Shown here: piece after piece, positions 35,951 through 46,071 of the stretch
Layout of the letters: each line of letters opens with the position of its first letter
Numbering within the stretch: position 1 is the stretch's first letter
Assembly: GCA_903959175.1 (NCBI GenBank)
Contig: CAJBVW010000147.1
Coordinates: forward strand, 1-61,920
From: an uncultured Pseudomonadota bacterium
GTDB taxonomy: Bacteria > Myxococcota_A > UBA796 > SXON01
DNA: 61,920 nucleotides
Reading direction: 5' to 3'
The notes under the pieces: generated by a model
What the model was told of the DNA's origin: nothing
Seen by the model: only the letters and a program-made list of their open reading frames with translations
Database searches by the model: none
Translations under genes and position numbers: made by a program

Positions 35951-36739
35951 TCACCGCGCGCGCTGCCCCTCCCCTCCCCCCTTCGGCTCGGCCGGCTGCC
36001 GCGCCACGCTCCCCCCCTCGATCCGCACGTCCCCGTTGCGGGTGTCCGCGACGATGACCGCCTGCGCGGTCGCGTCGTCGCGCACGGTCTCCCCGAGCAC
36101 GAGGTCCCCGGTGGGCGCGTCCGCCTGGATGCGGTAGGCCCCGGCGGGCACCAGGAGGTTGACGTCGCCGGCGTCGGTGCGCGCGACGATGCGCTGCGGG
36201 GCGCCGGTCACCTCGAGCTCCACGTCGCCGGAGCGGGTGCGCGCGTCCACGATCGTGCCCGCGAGCTGATCGCCGGCGATCGCGCCCGATCCCGACTCCA
36301 CGAACAGCGTGCCGCGGATGTCGTGCAGCGCGATGTCGCCGTCCTCCGTGCCGGCGTCGACGTCGCCGGTGACGCCGCTGATGTCGATGTCGCCCATCGC
36401 CGTCTGCGCGCCGACGCTCACGTCCGCGGCGACCTCCAGCGTCACGTCGGTGCGGCACGCGATGGCGAGCGCGTCGCAGCGCCCGATCACATGGAGCACC
36501 CCGTCCGACACGTAGTGGAGCACCTCCGGCGCCGCGTCGCTCCACCGGCTGTCGACGGCCCCGCGCGCCCCCGGCGTGTTCCGGGCGGTCGCGATGCTCA
36601 CGTCCCCCGCGTCGATGTCGATCTCCACCCGGGTGATGGCCTCGGACTCGGACACGGTCTCCGTGCCCGCCTCCCGGCCGTACGTCAGGCATCCCGTCGC
36701 GAACAACGCGAGCGCTCCCACGCCGATCCTGCCGATCAT
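35951..36739 (-). CDS. DUF4097-type (putative adhesin, beta-helical) lipoprotein
   Basis: Lipobox LALFATGC. Repeated G-D-V/I strands: AGDVSIAT, MGDIDISGVTGDVDAGTEDGDIALHDIRG, SGDVELEV, AGDVNLLV, NGDVRIEG. Confidence 0.65.
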   Translation of the reverse strand: MIGRIGVGALALFATGCLTYGREAGTETVSESEAITRVEIDIDAGDVSIATARNTPGARGAVDSRWSDAAPEVLHYVSDGVLHVIGRCDALAIACRTDVTLEVAADVSVGAQTAMGDIDISGVTGDVDAGTEDGDIALHDIRGTLFVESGSGAIAGDQLAGTIVDARTRSGDVELEVTGAPQRIVARTDAGDVNLLVPAGAYRIQADAPTGDLVLGETVRDDATAQAVIVADTRNGDVRIEGGSVARQPAEPKGGGEGQRAR

Positions 36740-36759
36740 GGCTCTCCTCCCCCAGAGCC
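36740..36759 (-). promoter_or_regulatory. Hairpin enclosing the Shine-Dalgarno of the DUF4097 gene
   Basis: On the minus strand, ggctct-gggggagg-agagcc is immediately followed by ATG (36739). The SD GGAGG sits in the 8-nt loop and at the stem edge. Confidence 0.35.
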
Positions 36760-36862
36760 AAGCGATGCGACCGCGCGGCGCGCGCGCCCGCTCCGCCGCA
36801 CCCGCCGTTACGTCTCGTTGCGAGGGTGTGGATCGGCCTGCGGTGCCCATCCTACCGCGATC

Positions 36863-37843
36863 CTAGCAGTACCCGTGCTCCCGGAACCATCCGAACGCGC
36901 GCTCGACCGTCTCGCGCATCGGGGTGCGCGGCACGCCCAGCTCGTCCCAGCTCCGCTTGCCCGTCCGGTAGCGGCCCTGCTGCATCGCGCCCAGCACGTG
37001 GCGATCGAGGCCAGCGAAGCGGTGGGAGTCGACGCGCTGGAGGAGCGAACCGACGCGGCCGGCGGCGCCGAGCGCGATCCCCGGCACCGGGATCATCGGC
37101 GCGCGGCGGCCCACGACCTCCGCGCAGAGCGACATGAACGCGCGGTAGGAGAGGTTGTGGTTGCCGAGGAGGTAGCGGCGGCCGGGCCGGCCCACGTCCA
37201 TCGCGGCGAGGTGGCCCACGGCGCAGTCGTCGGCATCGACGAAACACTTGCCGCCGGTCGGGTACGCGGGGACCCAGCCCTTCGCGATCGTCACGAGCAG
37301 CTGGCCGCTCGTCGGCTTGATGTCCCAGGGGCCGAGCACGTAGTCGGGGTTGACGATGACCGCGCCCCACTCCGCGCCGATGCGCTCGCTCTCGAGCTTC
37401 GAGTCGTGGTACGCGCGGAGGGCGCCGCGCTCTCCGTAGATGGCGGCGGGGTCGAGGGGGGAGTCCTCGTCGCCCGGGGCGTCGATCGTGCCGAAGCCGA
37501 CGGTGACGCTCGAGGAGCACACGAGGAGCTTCGGGACGGCGGCCTTGGTCGCCGCCGCGCAGAGGGCGCGCGTCGCGTCGACGTGGAGGCTGCGCATCGC
37601 CTCGGCGCCGCCGGGCCCGGGGTCGAAGATGCCGGCGATGTGGAAGATGCCGTCGCAGCCCTCGGCGGCGCGCGCCAGGGCGTCCACATCGGTGATGCCG
37701 GGGGTGACGAGCTCGACGGGGAGCCCCTCGAGGCAGAGGTTCGGCTTGCGCACCACGCACCGCACGGTGTCCCCGCGGGCGAGGAGGTGGCGGACGACGT
37801 TGGCGCCGACGAAGCCGGTGCCGCCGGTGAGGAGGTAGCGCAT
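36863..37843 (-). CDS. NAD-dependent epimerase/dehydratase-family SDR (dihydroflavonol-reductase/HpnA-like)
   Basis: MRYLLTGGTGFVGANVVRHLL, YHDSK (YxxxK). The start lies 2 nt after the MFS stop. Confidence 0.75.
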   Translation of the reverse strand: MRYLLTGGTGFVGANVVRHLLARGDTVRCVVRKPNLCLEGLPVELVTPGITDVDALARAAEGCDGIFHIAGIFDPGPGGAEAMRSLHVDATRALCAAATKAAVPKLLVCSSSVTVGFGTIDAPGDEDSPLDPAAIYGERGALRAYHDSKLESERIGAEWGAVIVNPDYVLGPWDIKPTSGQLLVTIAKGWVPAYPTGGKCFVDADDCAVGHLAAMDVGRPGRRYLLGNHNLSYRAFMSLCAEVVGRRAPMIPVPGIALGAAGRVGSLLQRVDSHRFAGLDRHVLGAMQQGRYRTGKRSWDELGVPRTPMRETVERAFGWFREHGYC

Positions 37844-37845
37844 GC

Positions 37846-39054
37846 CTAGGTCGCCTCGAGGGTGGAGGGCTCCCCGGGCGGAGCCAAGGGCGAGCGCCGG
37901 TATCCGGCGAGCACGACGATCGCCACGACGACGAGCGCGCCGGACGAGAGGCGCAAGGCGACGTCGAGGCCGAGGTGACCCGCCAACCAGCCGCCCAGGA
38001 CGCTCCCGCTCGCCTGCCCGCCGACCGCGAAGGTGAGGTAGTACGCCAGGGCGCGCGCGCGGACCTCGGCCGGTGCGCGCATCTGGACCCCGGCGTTCAC
38101 CGTGCTGATCGTGCCGATCCAGCCCATGCCGGACACGGCCGCGCCCGCGAGCGCGAAGGGCAGCGTGTGGGCGCTCGCGAGCATCCCGAGCCCGATCGCG
38201 CTCACGACGGTGGTCAGCGCGATGAAGGACCGGTTGCCGAAGCGGCGCACGGCGCTCGCGACGACCAGGCCGGAGGAGACGGCGCCGAGGCCGAACGCGG
38301 AGAGCAGGTCCCCGTAGGTGGCGGCGTCGCCGTGGAGGGCGTCGCGGGCGACGACGGGGAGGAGCGAGAGCGACGGCATCGCGAAGAGGCCGAACGCGAG
38401 CCCCACGACGTAGAGGCGGACGAGCCCGGGCTCGGAGAGCGGCGAGCGCACCGGGCCGGGGTTCACGGCGGGTGGCTGCGGGGGCAGGCGCCAGAGGAGC
38501 AGGCCGATCACGAGGTAACTGGCGGCGTTCGTGAAGAAGGCGGCGGCGGGCCCGACCGCGACCAGCATCCACGCGCCCGCGGCGGGGCCCACGGCGCGCG
38601 CGAGGTTGAAGCCCGTGCTCATCAGGGCGACGGCCTTCGGGATTTCCTCGTCGGGGACCTGGCGCGGCACGGTGGCCTGCCACGCCGGGCCGTTCAGCGC
38701 GCCGAGGACGCCGAGCACGCCGGTGAGGCCGAGGAGCACGGGCAGGGAGAGCAGATCGAGGCTGGCGAGCACGCCCATGATCGCGACGACCACGGCGAGC
38801 CCGGCGTGCGTCGCGACGAGGAGCCGCCGCCGGTCGGTCGCGTCGGCGAGCTGCCCCGCGAAGAGCGAGAGCAGCACCATCGGAGCGAGCTGCAGCGCGT
38901 CGACCAACGAGACGGCGAGCGGCTCCGTGGACAACGTCGCCGCGGTCCAGCGCGCGGCGACGTTGTGCACCCAGGTGCCGAGGAAGGAGACGAGCCCGGC
39001 GAGCCACAACGCGCGGAAGCGCGGGTGGCGGAGCGGTGCGAAGGGCCCTCTCAT
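37846..39054 (-). CDS. MFS transporter
   Basis: About 12 TM segments. The N-terminus FRALWLAGLVSFLGTW and the GQLADATDRRRLL loop are typical of the MFS (EntS-like) class. Confidence 0.8.
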   Translation of the reverse strand: MRGPFAPLRHPRFRALWLAGLVSFLGTWVHNVAARWTAATLSTEPLAVSLVDALQLAPMVLLSLFAGQLADATDRRRLLVATHAGLAVVVAIMGVLASLDLLSLPVLLGLTGVLGVLGALNGPAWQATVPRQVPDEEIPKAVALMSTGFNLARAVGPAAGAWMLVAVGPAAAFFTNAASYLVIGLLLWRLPPQPPAVNPGPVRSPLSEPGLVRLYVVGLAFGLFAMPSLSLLPVVARDALHGDAATYGDLLSAFGLGAVSSGLVVASAVRRFGNRSFIALTTVVSAIGLGMLASAHTLPFALAGAAVSGMGWIGTISTVNAGVQMRAPAEVRARALAYYLTFAVGGQASGSVLGGWLAGHLGLDVALRLSSGALVVVAIVVLAGYRRSPLAPPGEPSTLEAT

Positions 39055-39061
39055 CCGCGGC

Positions 39062-40216
<1,155 letters not shown>

Positions 40217-40278
40217 CGTGACTCCGGGTGCGGTGGTGTTCTTTGGGGGGACACCCATGTAACCCTGCCGAGACGACC

Positions 40279-40299
40279 GGGCGTGATTAGGACACGCCC
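40279..40299 (+). other. 7-bp hairpin in the leader of the Nfu-type gene
   Basis: gggcgtg-attagga-cacgccc ends 12 nt before ATG 40312, just upstream of the SD ggag. Confidence 0.3.
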
Positions 40300-40311
40300 C
40301 CTGGAGTCAAC

Positions 40312-40893
40312 ATGGACACCTCCGTAGCCCACGGCGCACCCACGCAGGCGGTGATCGACACCCTGCCGACGCCCAACCCCGACGCCCTCATGTTCAAGCT
40401 GCAGGAGGCCCTCGTCCCCAACGGCACCTTCGAGTACCGCACGGCCGGGCAGGCCTCCGACGCGCCCCTCCCCCGTCGCCTCTTCGATCTGAACGGCGTC
40501 GTCTCCGTGCTCGTCGCGCCGCGCTTCGTCACGGTCAACAAGGACCCGCTGCTCACCTGGCCGGAGCTCGTGCCCCAGGTCAAGGCCGCCATCCGCGACT
40601 TCCTCGACTCCGGCGACATGGCGGTGCCGGACACCGAGCTCGACCTCGGCCACTACTCCGACCCCATCGAGCGCAAGGTCGTCGCCCTGCTGGACGAGTT
40701 CATCCGCCCCGCCGTCGCGCAGGACGGCGGCGACATCCTCTACCGCGGCCTGGAGGACGGCATCGTCCTGCTCAAGCTCATCGGCAGCTGCAGCACGTGC
40801 CCTTCGAGCACGGCGACCCTCGCCCAGGGCGTCGAGCGCATGCTCCTCGAAGAGGTGCCCGAGGTCCGCGGCGTGCGTCAGGTCGAGTTCTAG
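40312..40893 (+). CDS. Nfu/NifU-type Fe-S cluster scaffold/carrier (Nfu_N plus NifU C-terminal domain)
   Basis: N-terminal PNPDALMFKL...FVTVNKD and C-terminal IRPAVAQDGGDI...LIGSCSTCPSS (CxxC). Confidence 0.8.
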   Translation: MDTSVAHGAPTQAVIDTLPTPNPDALMFKLQEALVPNGTFEYRTAGQASDAPLPRRLFDLNGVVSVLVAPRFVTVNKDPLLTWPELVPQVKAAIRDFLDSGDMAVPDTELDLGHYSDPIERKVVALLDEFIRPAVAQDGGDILYRGLEDGIVLLKLIGSCSTCPSSTATLAQGVERMLLEEVPEVRGVRQVEF

Positions 40894-40946
40894 ACACACC
40901 TGCCGGTCGGATTTGCGGTACGCTTCCGCGCCTTCGGAGCCGTAGC

Positions 40947-42053
40947 GTGCTGTTCCTCCTCCTCGCCTGTGTAGACTCCGAGCCCGCGTTCGTCAGCGGC
41001 CGGGACCTCGAAAAGGCCCACGCCACCGGAGACACCGGCGCGCTCTGCGCCGGCCTCCGCATGAAGGACGCCTCCACCCGCGAGTCCGCGGCCGAGAAGT
41101 TGAAGGACTACGCCTTCGACTCCTCCTGCCTGTGCGACCGCCTGCAGTTCGACGGCCGGTGGGACCCCTCGATCCTCTCCGGCCTCGCCAAGGCGACGGA
41201 CGCCGAGAAGGTCGGCTGCGTCGGCACCCTCCTCGACGATCCGGCCCAGCCCGAGCGCCCCGCGCTCGTCAGCGCGCTCCTCAAGATCCCCGTCGCGCGC
41301 GCGCGCCTCGTCACCGCGGCCGCCGGCGACACCGATCCCGCCGTCCGCGCCGCCGCCCTCTCCGTGTTCCGCAACACGAAGGACGCCGGCGAGATCACCC
41401 AGGTCAGCGGGTGGCTCGCCGACAACGCCGACGCCACCGTGCGCGCGGCCGCGGCCCAGGCGCTCTTCGGCCAGCCGAGCGCCGCCGACGCGATGAAGAC
41501 CGCCATCACCAAGGACGCCGATCCCGCCGTCCGCAGCGCCGCGCTAACCACGTATCCCTCGCTCGAAGCCGCCGATCTCGACGCCGTGGCCTGCGCCGCC
41601 CTCCTCGGAGACGCCGCGCCCGAGGTCCGCATCGCCGCCCTCGGCACGATGCGCGCCACGCGCGACGCCGAGCAGCTCGCCTGCCTGAAGGAGCGCGCGC
41701 TCAAGCCGGAGGACGCGCCCGAGGTCCGCGCCGCGCTCCTCAAGACGCTCGCCGGCTCCGCCGCCCCCGAGGCCGCCGCGGCGCTCTGCGAGGTCATCCC
41801 TGCGTGGGTCAAGGCCTACGTGAAGGACGATCCCCCCGGCGAAGGCGACGATATCCTCCGCGCCCAAAACGACCGCGACTTCGAACGCAGCTACGACTGC
41901 GTCGGGGCCGCGGTGAAGCAGGGCGGTGGTTATACGTGCGCCGGTCGCGCCTACGTGAGCGCTTTCTATCGGGATCTCGGCGGAAAAGCCTCCGTTCCCA
42001 CATGCGGCGCGGGCGGTGCCCCCCGCGCGGCGAGCAACGAAGTCGTCTTCTGA
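40947..42053 (+). CDS. HEAT-repeat lipoprotein
   Basis: GTG 40947 with ggag upstream. Lipobox LFLLLACV. Repeated D-x-D/N-P-x-VR-x-AA units (DTDPAVRAAAL, NADATVRAAAAQAL, DADPAVRSAAL, DAAPEVRIAAL). Confidence 0.65.
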   Translation: MLFLLLACVDSEPAFVSGRDLEKAHATGDTGALCAGLRMKDASTRESAAEKLKDYAFDSSCLCDRLQFDGRWDPSILSGLAKATDAEKVGCVGTLLDDPAQPERPALVSALLKIPVARARLVTAAAGDTDPAVRAAALSVFRNTKDAGEITQVSGWLADNADATVRAAAAQALFGQPSAADAMKTAITKDADPAVRSAALTTYPSLEAADLDAVACAALLGDAAPEVRIAALGTMRATRDAEQLACLKERALKPEDAPEVRAALLKTLAGSAAPEAAAALCEVIPAWVKAYVKDDPPGEGDDILRAQNDRDFERSYDCVGAAVKQGGGYTCAGRAYVSAFYRDLGGKASVPTCGAGGAPRAASNEVVF

Positions 42054-42067
42054 TTCGAGGTGATGCG

Positions 42068-42505
42068 ATGCCCAGTCTCTCCGAAGTCCTGTCCGACCCC
42101 GCCCGCCGCCGCAAGGTCGTAGACGACGGCGTGGCCGTGATCGAAGCGGAAGTGGCCGACAAGGGCGGGCTCTCGGGCTTCGCGATCAAGGGCGCCTTCG
42201 GCATGGTGCAGAAGGTCAAGCCCGGCTTCGTAGGCGGCACGCTCAACCACCTCCTCGACGACTTCGCCAAGAAGATCGACCCCTTCTGGATCGACTGCCT
42301 GGCCCAGAAGGCTGACCCGCGCAGCTTCTTCGTCAAGAACGGCACGCCCATCGCCAACGCGCTCCTCTCCATCACGGACGACCGCGCGCGCCACGCCGCC
42401 GGCCCCGTGCGCAACACCTACGACAAGCTCCGCCCCCAGGCCGAGAAGCATGTAGTGGACGCCATGCCCCGGCTCGCGGGCCTGCTCCAGCGGCACGCGT
42501 CGTAA
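42068..42505 (+). CDS. Hypothetical cytoplasmic protein
   Basis: ATG 42068 is preceded by gaggtg and lies 14 nt after the upstream stop. Good GC3. No family recognised. Confidence 0.55.
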   Translation: MPSLSEVLSDPARRRKVVDDGVAVIEAEVADKGGLSGFAIKGAFGMVQKVKPGFVGGTLNHLLDDFAKKIDPFWIDCLAQKADPRSFFVKNGTPIANALLSITDDRARHAAGPVRNTYDKLRPQAEKHVVDAMPRLAGLLQRHAS

Positions 42506-42542
42506 CGAGGCGTCTGGGCGACCTACGTCTACAGCCCTGGAC

Positions 42543-42565
42543 GCCGGCTGACGCAAGCCGCCGGC
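42543..42565. terminator. Hairpin between convergent genes
   Basis: gccggc (42543-42548) pairs with gccggc (42560-42565) around an 11-nt loop, followed by ttct. It lies in the 124-nt convergent gap. Confidence 0.25.
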
Positions 42566-42629
42566 TTCTGGGGGTGGGGGCGCGGCGCCCGACGCCCCGA
42601 GCGGCGTCGACCGCGCCCCCGCCGCTCTC

Positions 42630-43373
42630 CTACTTCCAGCGCCGCAGCCCGCTCCAGGGCAGCGCGATCGGCGCGGTGGGCAGGATGTCCCCCTCCACCG
42701 GGAACCACCCGGCCGCCGGCCCGTCCACGACGTGGAAGTCCATCGCCGGCATGTAGCCCTGCCCCACGAGGACCCAGGTGCGCGCGCCGTCCGTCGCCAC
42801 GTCGAGGACCACGACCGCGTGCCCCGGCGAGCCCGGCGCCACCACGATGTCGCCCGGCATCACCGTCGTGACCGCCACTGTGTCGAGCGGGAGGCTGCGC
42901 GTGCCCGCGTAGGTGAAGAGGTCCACCATCCACGCTTCGAACGCCGCGTCCGACGTGCTCGGGGCCGCCGCGCCGGCCACCGCGCTCACCTTGCTCCCCG
43001 ACACCTTCGGGCGGGTGCCCGCCGCCCACGCCTTCCAGGCCGACACGTAGCCGGAGGTGTAGTGGAACGCCGGGGATCCGCCGGTGGCGCGCTGCCACGT
43101 CGCGCGGAGCCGTAATGCCGAGTCCGCGCACTGCTGGAGGTCTCGCGTGCCGACGGGCATGTCCACCACCCGCGCGGCCCCGATGGGGACGATCTCCCCC
43201 GTGTAGCTCAACACCTCACGCCCCACCGGGTAGAGCGGGAGCTGGCCGAGCCACGCCCCGAACGCGCTGCCGGAGACGCGGGTGGCGCCCGGGGGCGGCG
43301 GGAAGGCCGCGGAGACGGGCTCGGCGTGGGCGGCCGGGCCGAGGAGGGTCGCGAGGAGGAGGAGCATCACCAT
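42630..43373 (-). CDS. Secreted protein, DUF4846-like with a possible papain-fold Cys/His arrangement
   Basis: Signal peptide MVMLLLLATLLGPAAHA. QQCADSALRL (candidate Cys) and PGDIVVAPGSPGHAVVVLDV (candidate His). The family name is recalled from memory, not verified. Confidence 0.5.
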   Translation of the reverse strand: MVMLLLLATLLGPAAHAEPVSAAFPPPPGATRVSGSAFGAWLGQLPLYPVGREVLSYTGEIVPIGAARVVDMPVGTRDLQQCADSALRLRATWQRATGGSPAFHYTSGYVSAWKAWAAGTRPKVSGSKVSAVAGAAAPSTSDAAFEAWMVDLFTYAGTRSLPLDTVAVTTVMPGDIVVAPGSPGHAVVVLDVATDGARTWVLVGQGYMPAMDFHVVDGPAAGWFPVEGDILPTAPIALPWSGLRRWK

Positions 43374-43403
43374 TGGAACCCTCGCACGGCCGCGGAGTTC
43401 CCG

Positions 43404-44303
43404 CTACCGCTCCGGGATCGTCTCGTCCGGCCCGGCCTTCCAGTCGGCGACACCCGCGCGCACGGCGGCGGAGAGCGTGACGAGCGCGGAGGGGTCCCGC
43501 CACCGGGCCGCCCGCGCCGCGGCGATCGCGCCGAAGGTCGACAGGAACCGGGGGAAAGCGCGCCGCCCGCGGTGCTTGAGCACGAAGTACGCCGTGTTGC
43601 GGAAGCGCCACGTCTCCCCGCGCAGGGCGTCCGCCACGCGCACGCCGCCGGAGGGCGCCGAGAGGTGCACCAACTCGCACGCGGGGTCGTAGAGGAGGGT
43701 CCACCCGGCGGCGCGCACACGGTAGGAGAAGTCGGTGTCCTCGAGGAGCGCGGTGCCGGTGTAGCGCCGGTCAAAGCCGCCGATCTGGTCGATCGCCGCG
43801 CGCCGGTAGCTCATGTTCGCGCCCTTGCAGCTCTCGATCGTGCGCCGCTCGGTGCCCCACATGTTCGTGATCGTGCGGCCGCCCGCCGAGATGTGCGCGG
43901 CGGTGTCCTTCGCGTTCGGACGCACGCTGCGCTCGACGATGCGACCGGTCACGCCGCCGATCGTGGGGTCGTCGTAGGCGCGGACATGGGCGTCGAGGAA
44001 GGCGTCGTCGAGGAGGATCACGTCGTCGTCGAGGAAGAGCACGATGCGGCCCTTCGCGCGCGCGAGGCCCTCGTTCCGCGCGTTCGGGAGGCCCTTCACG
44101 TCGAGGTGGAGGTAGTGGACCCGCGGGTCGTTCAGCGTCGTGACGAGAGCCTCGTTCACGGCGCGCTGATCCGGGTCGCTCTGGTCGATGAGCCAGAGGT
44201 CGAACGAGGGGAAACGCTGGGTGAGCACCTGCCGCACGGTGTCGTGGAACAGGCGCCCGCGGTTCAGCGTGGGGATGATGACGGAGAGCTCGGGGCCGTT
44301 CAT
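43404..44303 (-). CDS. Family-2 glycosyltransferase
   Basis: LSVIIPTLNRG, LFLDDDV (DxD) and GANMSYRR. The start overlaps the upstream GT4 stop (ATGA). Confidence 0.8.
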   Translation of the reverse strand: MNGPELSVIIPTLNRGRLFHDTVRQVLTQRFPSFDLWLIDQSDPDQRAVNEALVTTLNDPRVHYLHLDVKGLPNARNEGLARAKGRIVLFLDDDVILLDDAFLDAHVRAYDDPTIGGVTGRIVERSVRPNAKDTAAHISAGGRTITNMWGTERRTIESCKGANMSYRRAAIDQIGGFDRRYTGTALLEDTDFSYRVRAAGWTLLYDPACELVHLSAPSGGVRVADALRGETWRFRNTAYFVLKHRGRRAFPRFLSTFGAIAAARAARWRDPSALVTLSAAVRAGVADWKAGPDETIPER

Positions 44304-45502
44304 GCGCGCAGGGCCTCCTCGTACAGCGCCCACAAGCGGTCGACGCTGCGGGTCCAGGTGAAGCGCATCTCGACCATCCGGCGCCCCGCGGCGCGCACAC
44401 GTTCGAGGTCTTCGGTCATGCCGCGGGCGACGGCGGCGCGGAGCGCGTCGACGTCCTCGGTCGGCACGAGCAGGCCGTTCCGCTCGTGGCAGACGTAGTC
44501 GTCGCGGGCGGCCTCCACCGCGTCGCTCACGACGGCGAGCGCGCCGCTGTACATGCCCTCGAAGACCACGCCACCGACGGTCTCGCCGCGGGACGGGAGG
44601 CACACGACGTCGGCCTCGCGGAAGAGCGCGACGAGCTCGGCGCGGGCGACGGGCCCGAACACGACGCGGTCCCCGAGCGGGGCGGCGAGGGCGCGCACCT
44701 CGGCCGCGAAGTCGGGCTCGTTCACCGCGCCGGGGATGACGAGCCGCCAGCCCGCGCCCGCCGCCCCGGTGAGGAGGGGGGCCATGGCGCGGACGAGGAG
44801 ATCCGCGCCCTTCTGGTGGGACAGGCGGGAGGGGGCGAGCACGATGCGGTCGGCGCCGAGCCCGAGGCGCGCCCGGACGGCGGCGCGCGCGGCGGGCGTC
44901 ACGGCGTCGAATTCGGCGGGATCGACGGCCATGCCGATGTGGACGCGTACGTTGCCGAGCCCGAGCTGCTCCGTGAGCGCCGCGCCCGCCGCCGGCGAGT
45001 CGGCGATGACCATGCGCGCGCGGCCGAGGGCGCGGCGCGTCCACGCCTTCCAGTACGCGGCCCGCACCCGCTTGTTGCGCCCCCCCTCTCCCGCGAGGAT
45101 CTCGCCGAGGAACGCGGCGGTGACGTAGTTCTGGACGACCAGCGGCGTCCCCGTGAGGCGGGCACGCGCGGTCAGCAGGTCGAGGTGGAGCGAGGGGTAG
45201 CCCATGCAGACGAGCAGGTCCGCGTCCGAACGCACGTCCCGCAGGAACGCCGGCGTGACCGCGTCCTGCTCGAAGGGGTTGTGGAACGGGAGCGCGAAGG
45301 AGCGCCGCCGGTGGACAGCCACGCCGCCCTCGACCGTGTCCCCCGCCGCGACCTGCTCGGAGAGGTTGAGGTTCGTGAACGGGGTGGTGTGGACGTGGAC
45401 CTCGTGCCCGCGCCGCGCCAGCTCCTCCGCCTGATGCTGGAGGATGACCTCTCCGCCGCCGATGCACGGAGGGTAGAAATAGCTGTAGAAGCGGATCTTC
45501 AC
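44300..45502 (-). CDS. Family-4 (GT-B) glycosyltransferase
   Basis: The N-terminus YPPCIGGGEVILQHQAEELARRGHEV and the C-terminal PSRGETVGGVVFEGMYSG (E-x7-E region). GTG start. Confidence 0.8.
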   Translation of the reverse strand: MKIRFYSYFYPPCIGGGEVILQHQAEELARRGHEVHVHTTPFTNLNLSEQVAAGDTVEGGVAVHRRRSFALPFHNPFEQDAVTPAFLRDVRSDADLLVCMGYPSLHLDLLTARARLTGTPLVVQNYVTAAFLGEILAGEGGRNKRVRAAYWKAWTRRALGRARMVIADSPAAGAALTEQLGLGNVRVHIGMAVDPAEFDAVTPAARAAVRARLGLGADRIVLAPSRLSHQKGADLLVRAMAPLLTGAAGAGWRLVIPGAVNEPDFAAEVRALAAPLGDRVVFGPVARAELVALFREADVVCLPSRGETVGGVVFEGMYSGALAVVSDAVEAARDDYVCHERNGLLVPTEDVDALRAAVARGMTEDLERVRAAGRRMVEMRFTWTRSVDRLWALYEEALRA

Positions 45503-45526
45503 GCACGCTCACGGCAGCGTGTCCGC

Positions 45527-46018
45527 CTAACCCGACGCGACCTTGCGGGTGGGTGCCGGCGCCATCGAGCGGGGGCGCACGCGGGCCGGCGCCGGCGCGG
45601 GCGGCACCGACGCCGCGCCGCGAGCGGCGACGAGCCCGATCGGGCCGGCGAGCCCCATCGCGAGGTAGACGCCGGCCGTGAGATGGAGGCCGACGAACAC
45701 GAGCACGCGGCGGAGCTCCGTCGGCGCACCCCACGGAAACCCTAAGCCCAACGCCACGAGCACCGCGAGCTGCACGCTCACGATGGCGACGAGGCACGGG
45801 AGCTGGAGCCGGAGCGCGCGCCGGTGGTGCGCGGCGAGCGCGGGATCCCGTGTCCACGCGTACGCCCCCGCCCACGCCAACGTCGATCCGATACCCGGGA
45901 CGGTGAAGGCCGCGAGATAGATCGCCAGCGTGCATAGGGTGGAGGGCCGTCGCCTCCCCGACGGCTCGACGGCAGGGCGCGGCGCGGGCGCGAAGGGGAC
46001 CGACCGTTTGGCGGACAT
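45527..46018 (-). CDS. Small integral membrane protein (about 4 TM helices)
   Basis: Hydrophobic segments LCTLAIYLAAFTVPGIG, LPCLVAIVSVQLAVLVALGLGF and VLVFVGLHLTAGVYLAMGLAG. No family recognised. Confidence 0.5.
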   Translation of the reverse strand: MSAKRSVPFAPAPRPAVEPSGRRRPSTLCTLAIYLAAFTVPGIGSTLAWAGAYAWTRDPALAAHHRRALRLQLPCLVAIVSVQLAVLVALGLGFPWGAPTELRRVLVFVGLHLTAGVYLAMGLAGPIGLVAARGAASVPPAPAPARVRPRSMAPAPTRKVASG

Positions 46019-46071
46019 CGGCGCTACCTCCGTTGAAAAACGTGGCTACAAAGGACCGACCTGGAGAACTC

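Noticed and set aside
34818-36761. The 647-aa minus-strand ORF spanning several smaller genes.
   Set aside because: Only its last 82 codons (the FmdB-type zinc ribbon) look like protein. The rest is Arg/Gly/Pro-rich and overlaps three better-supported lipoprotein genes in other frames or on the other strand. The same reasoning applies to 43404..46079 (only the last 299 aa are the GT2), 36863..39007, 22140..23903 and 55533..56960.
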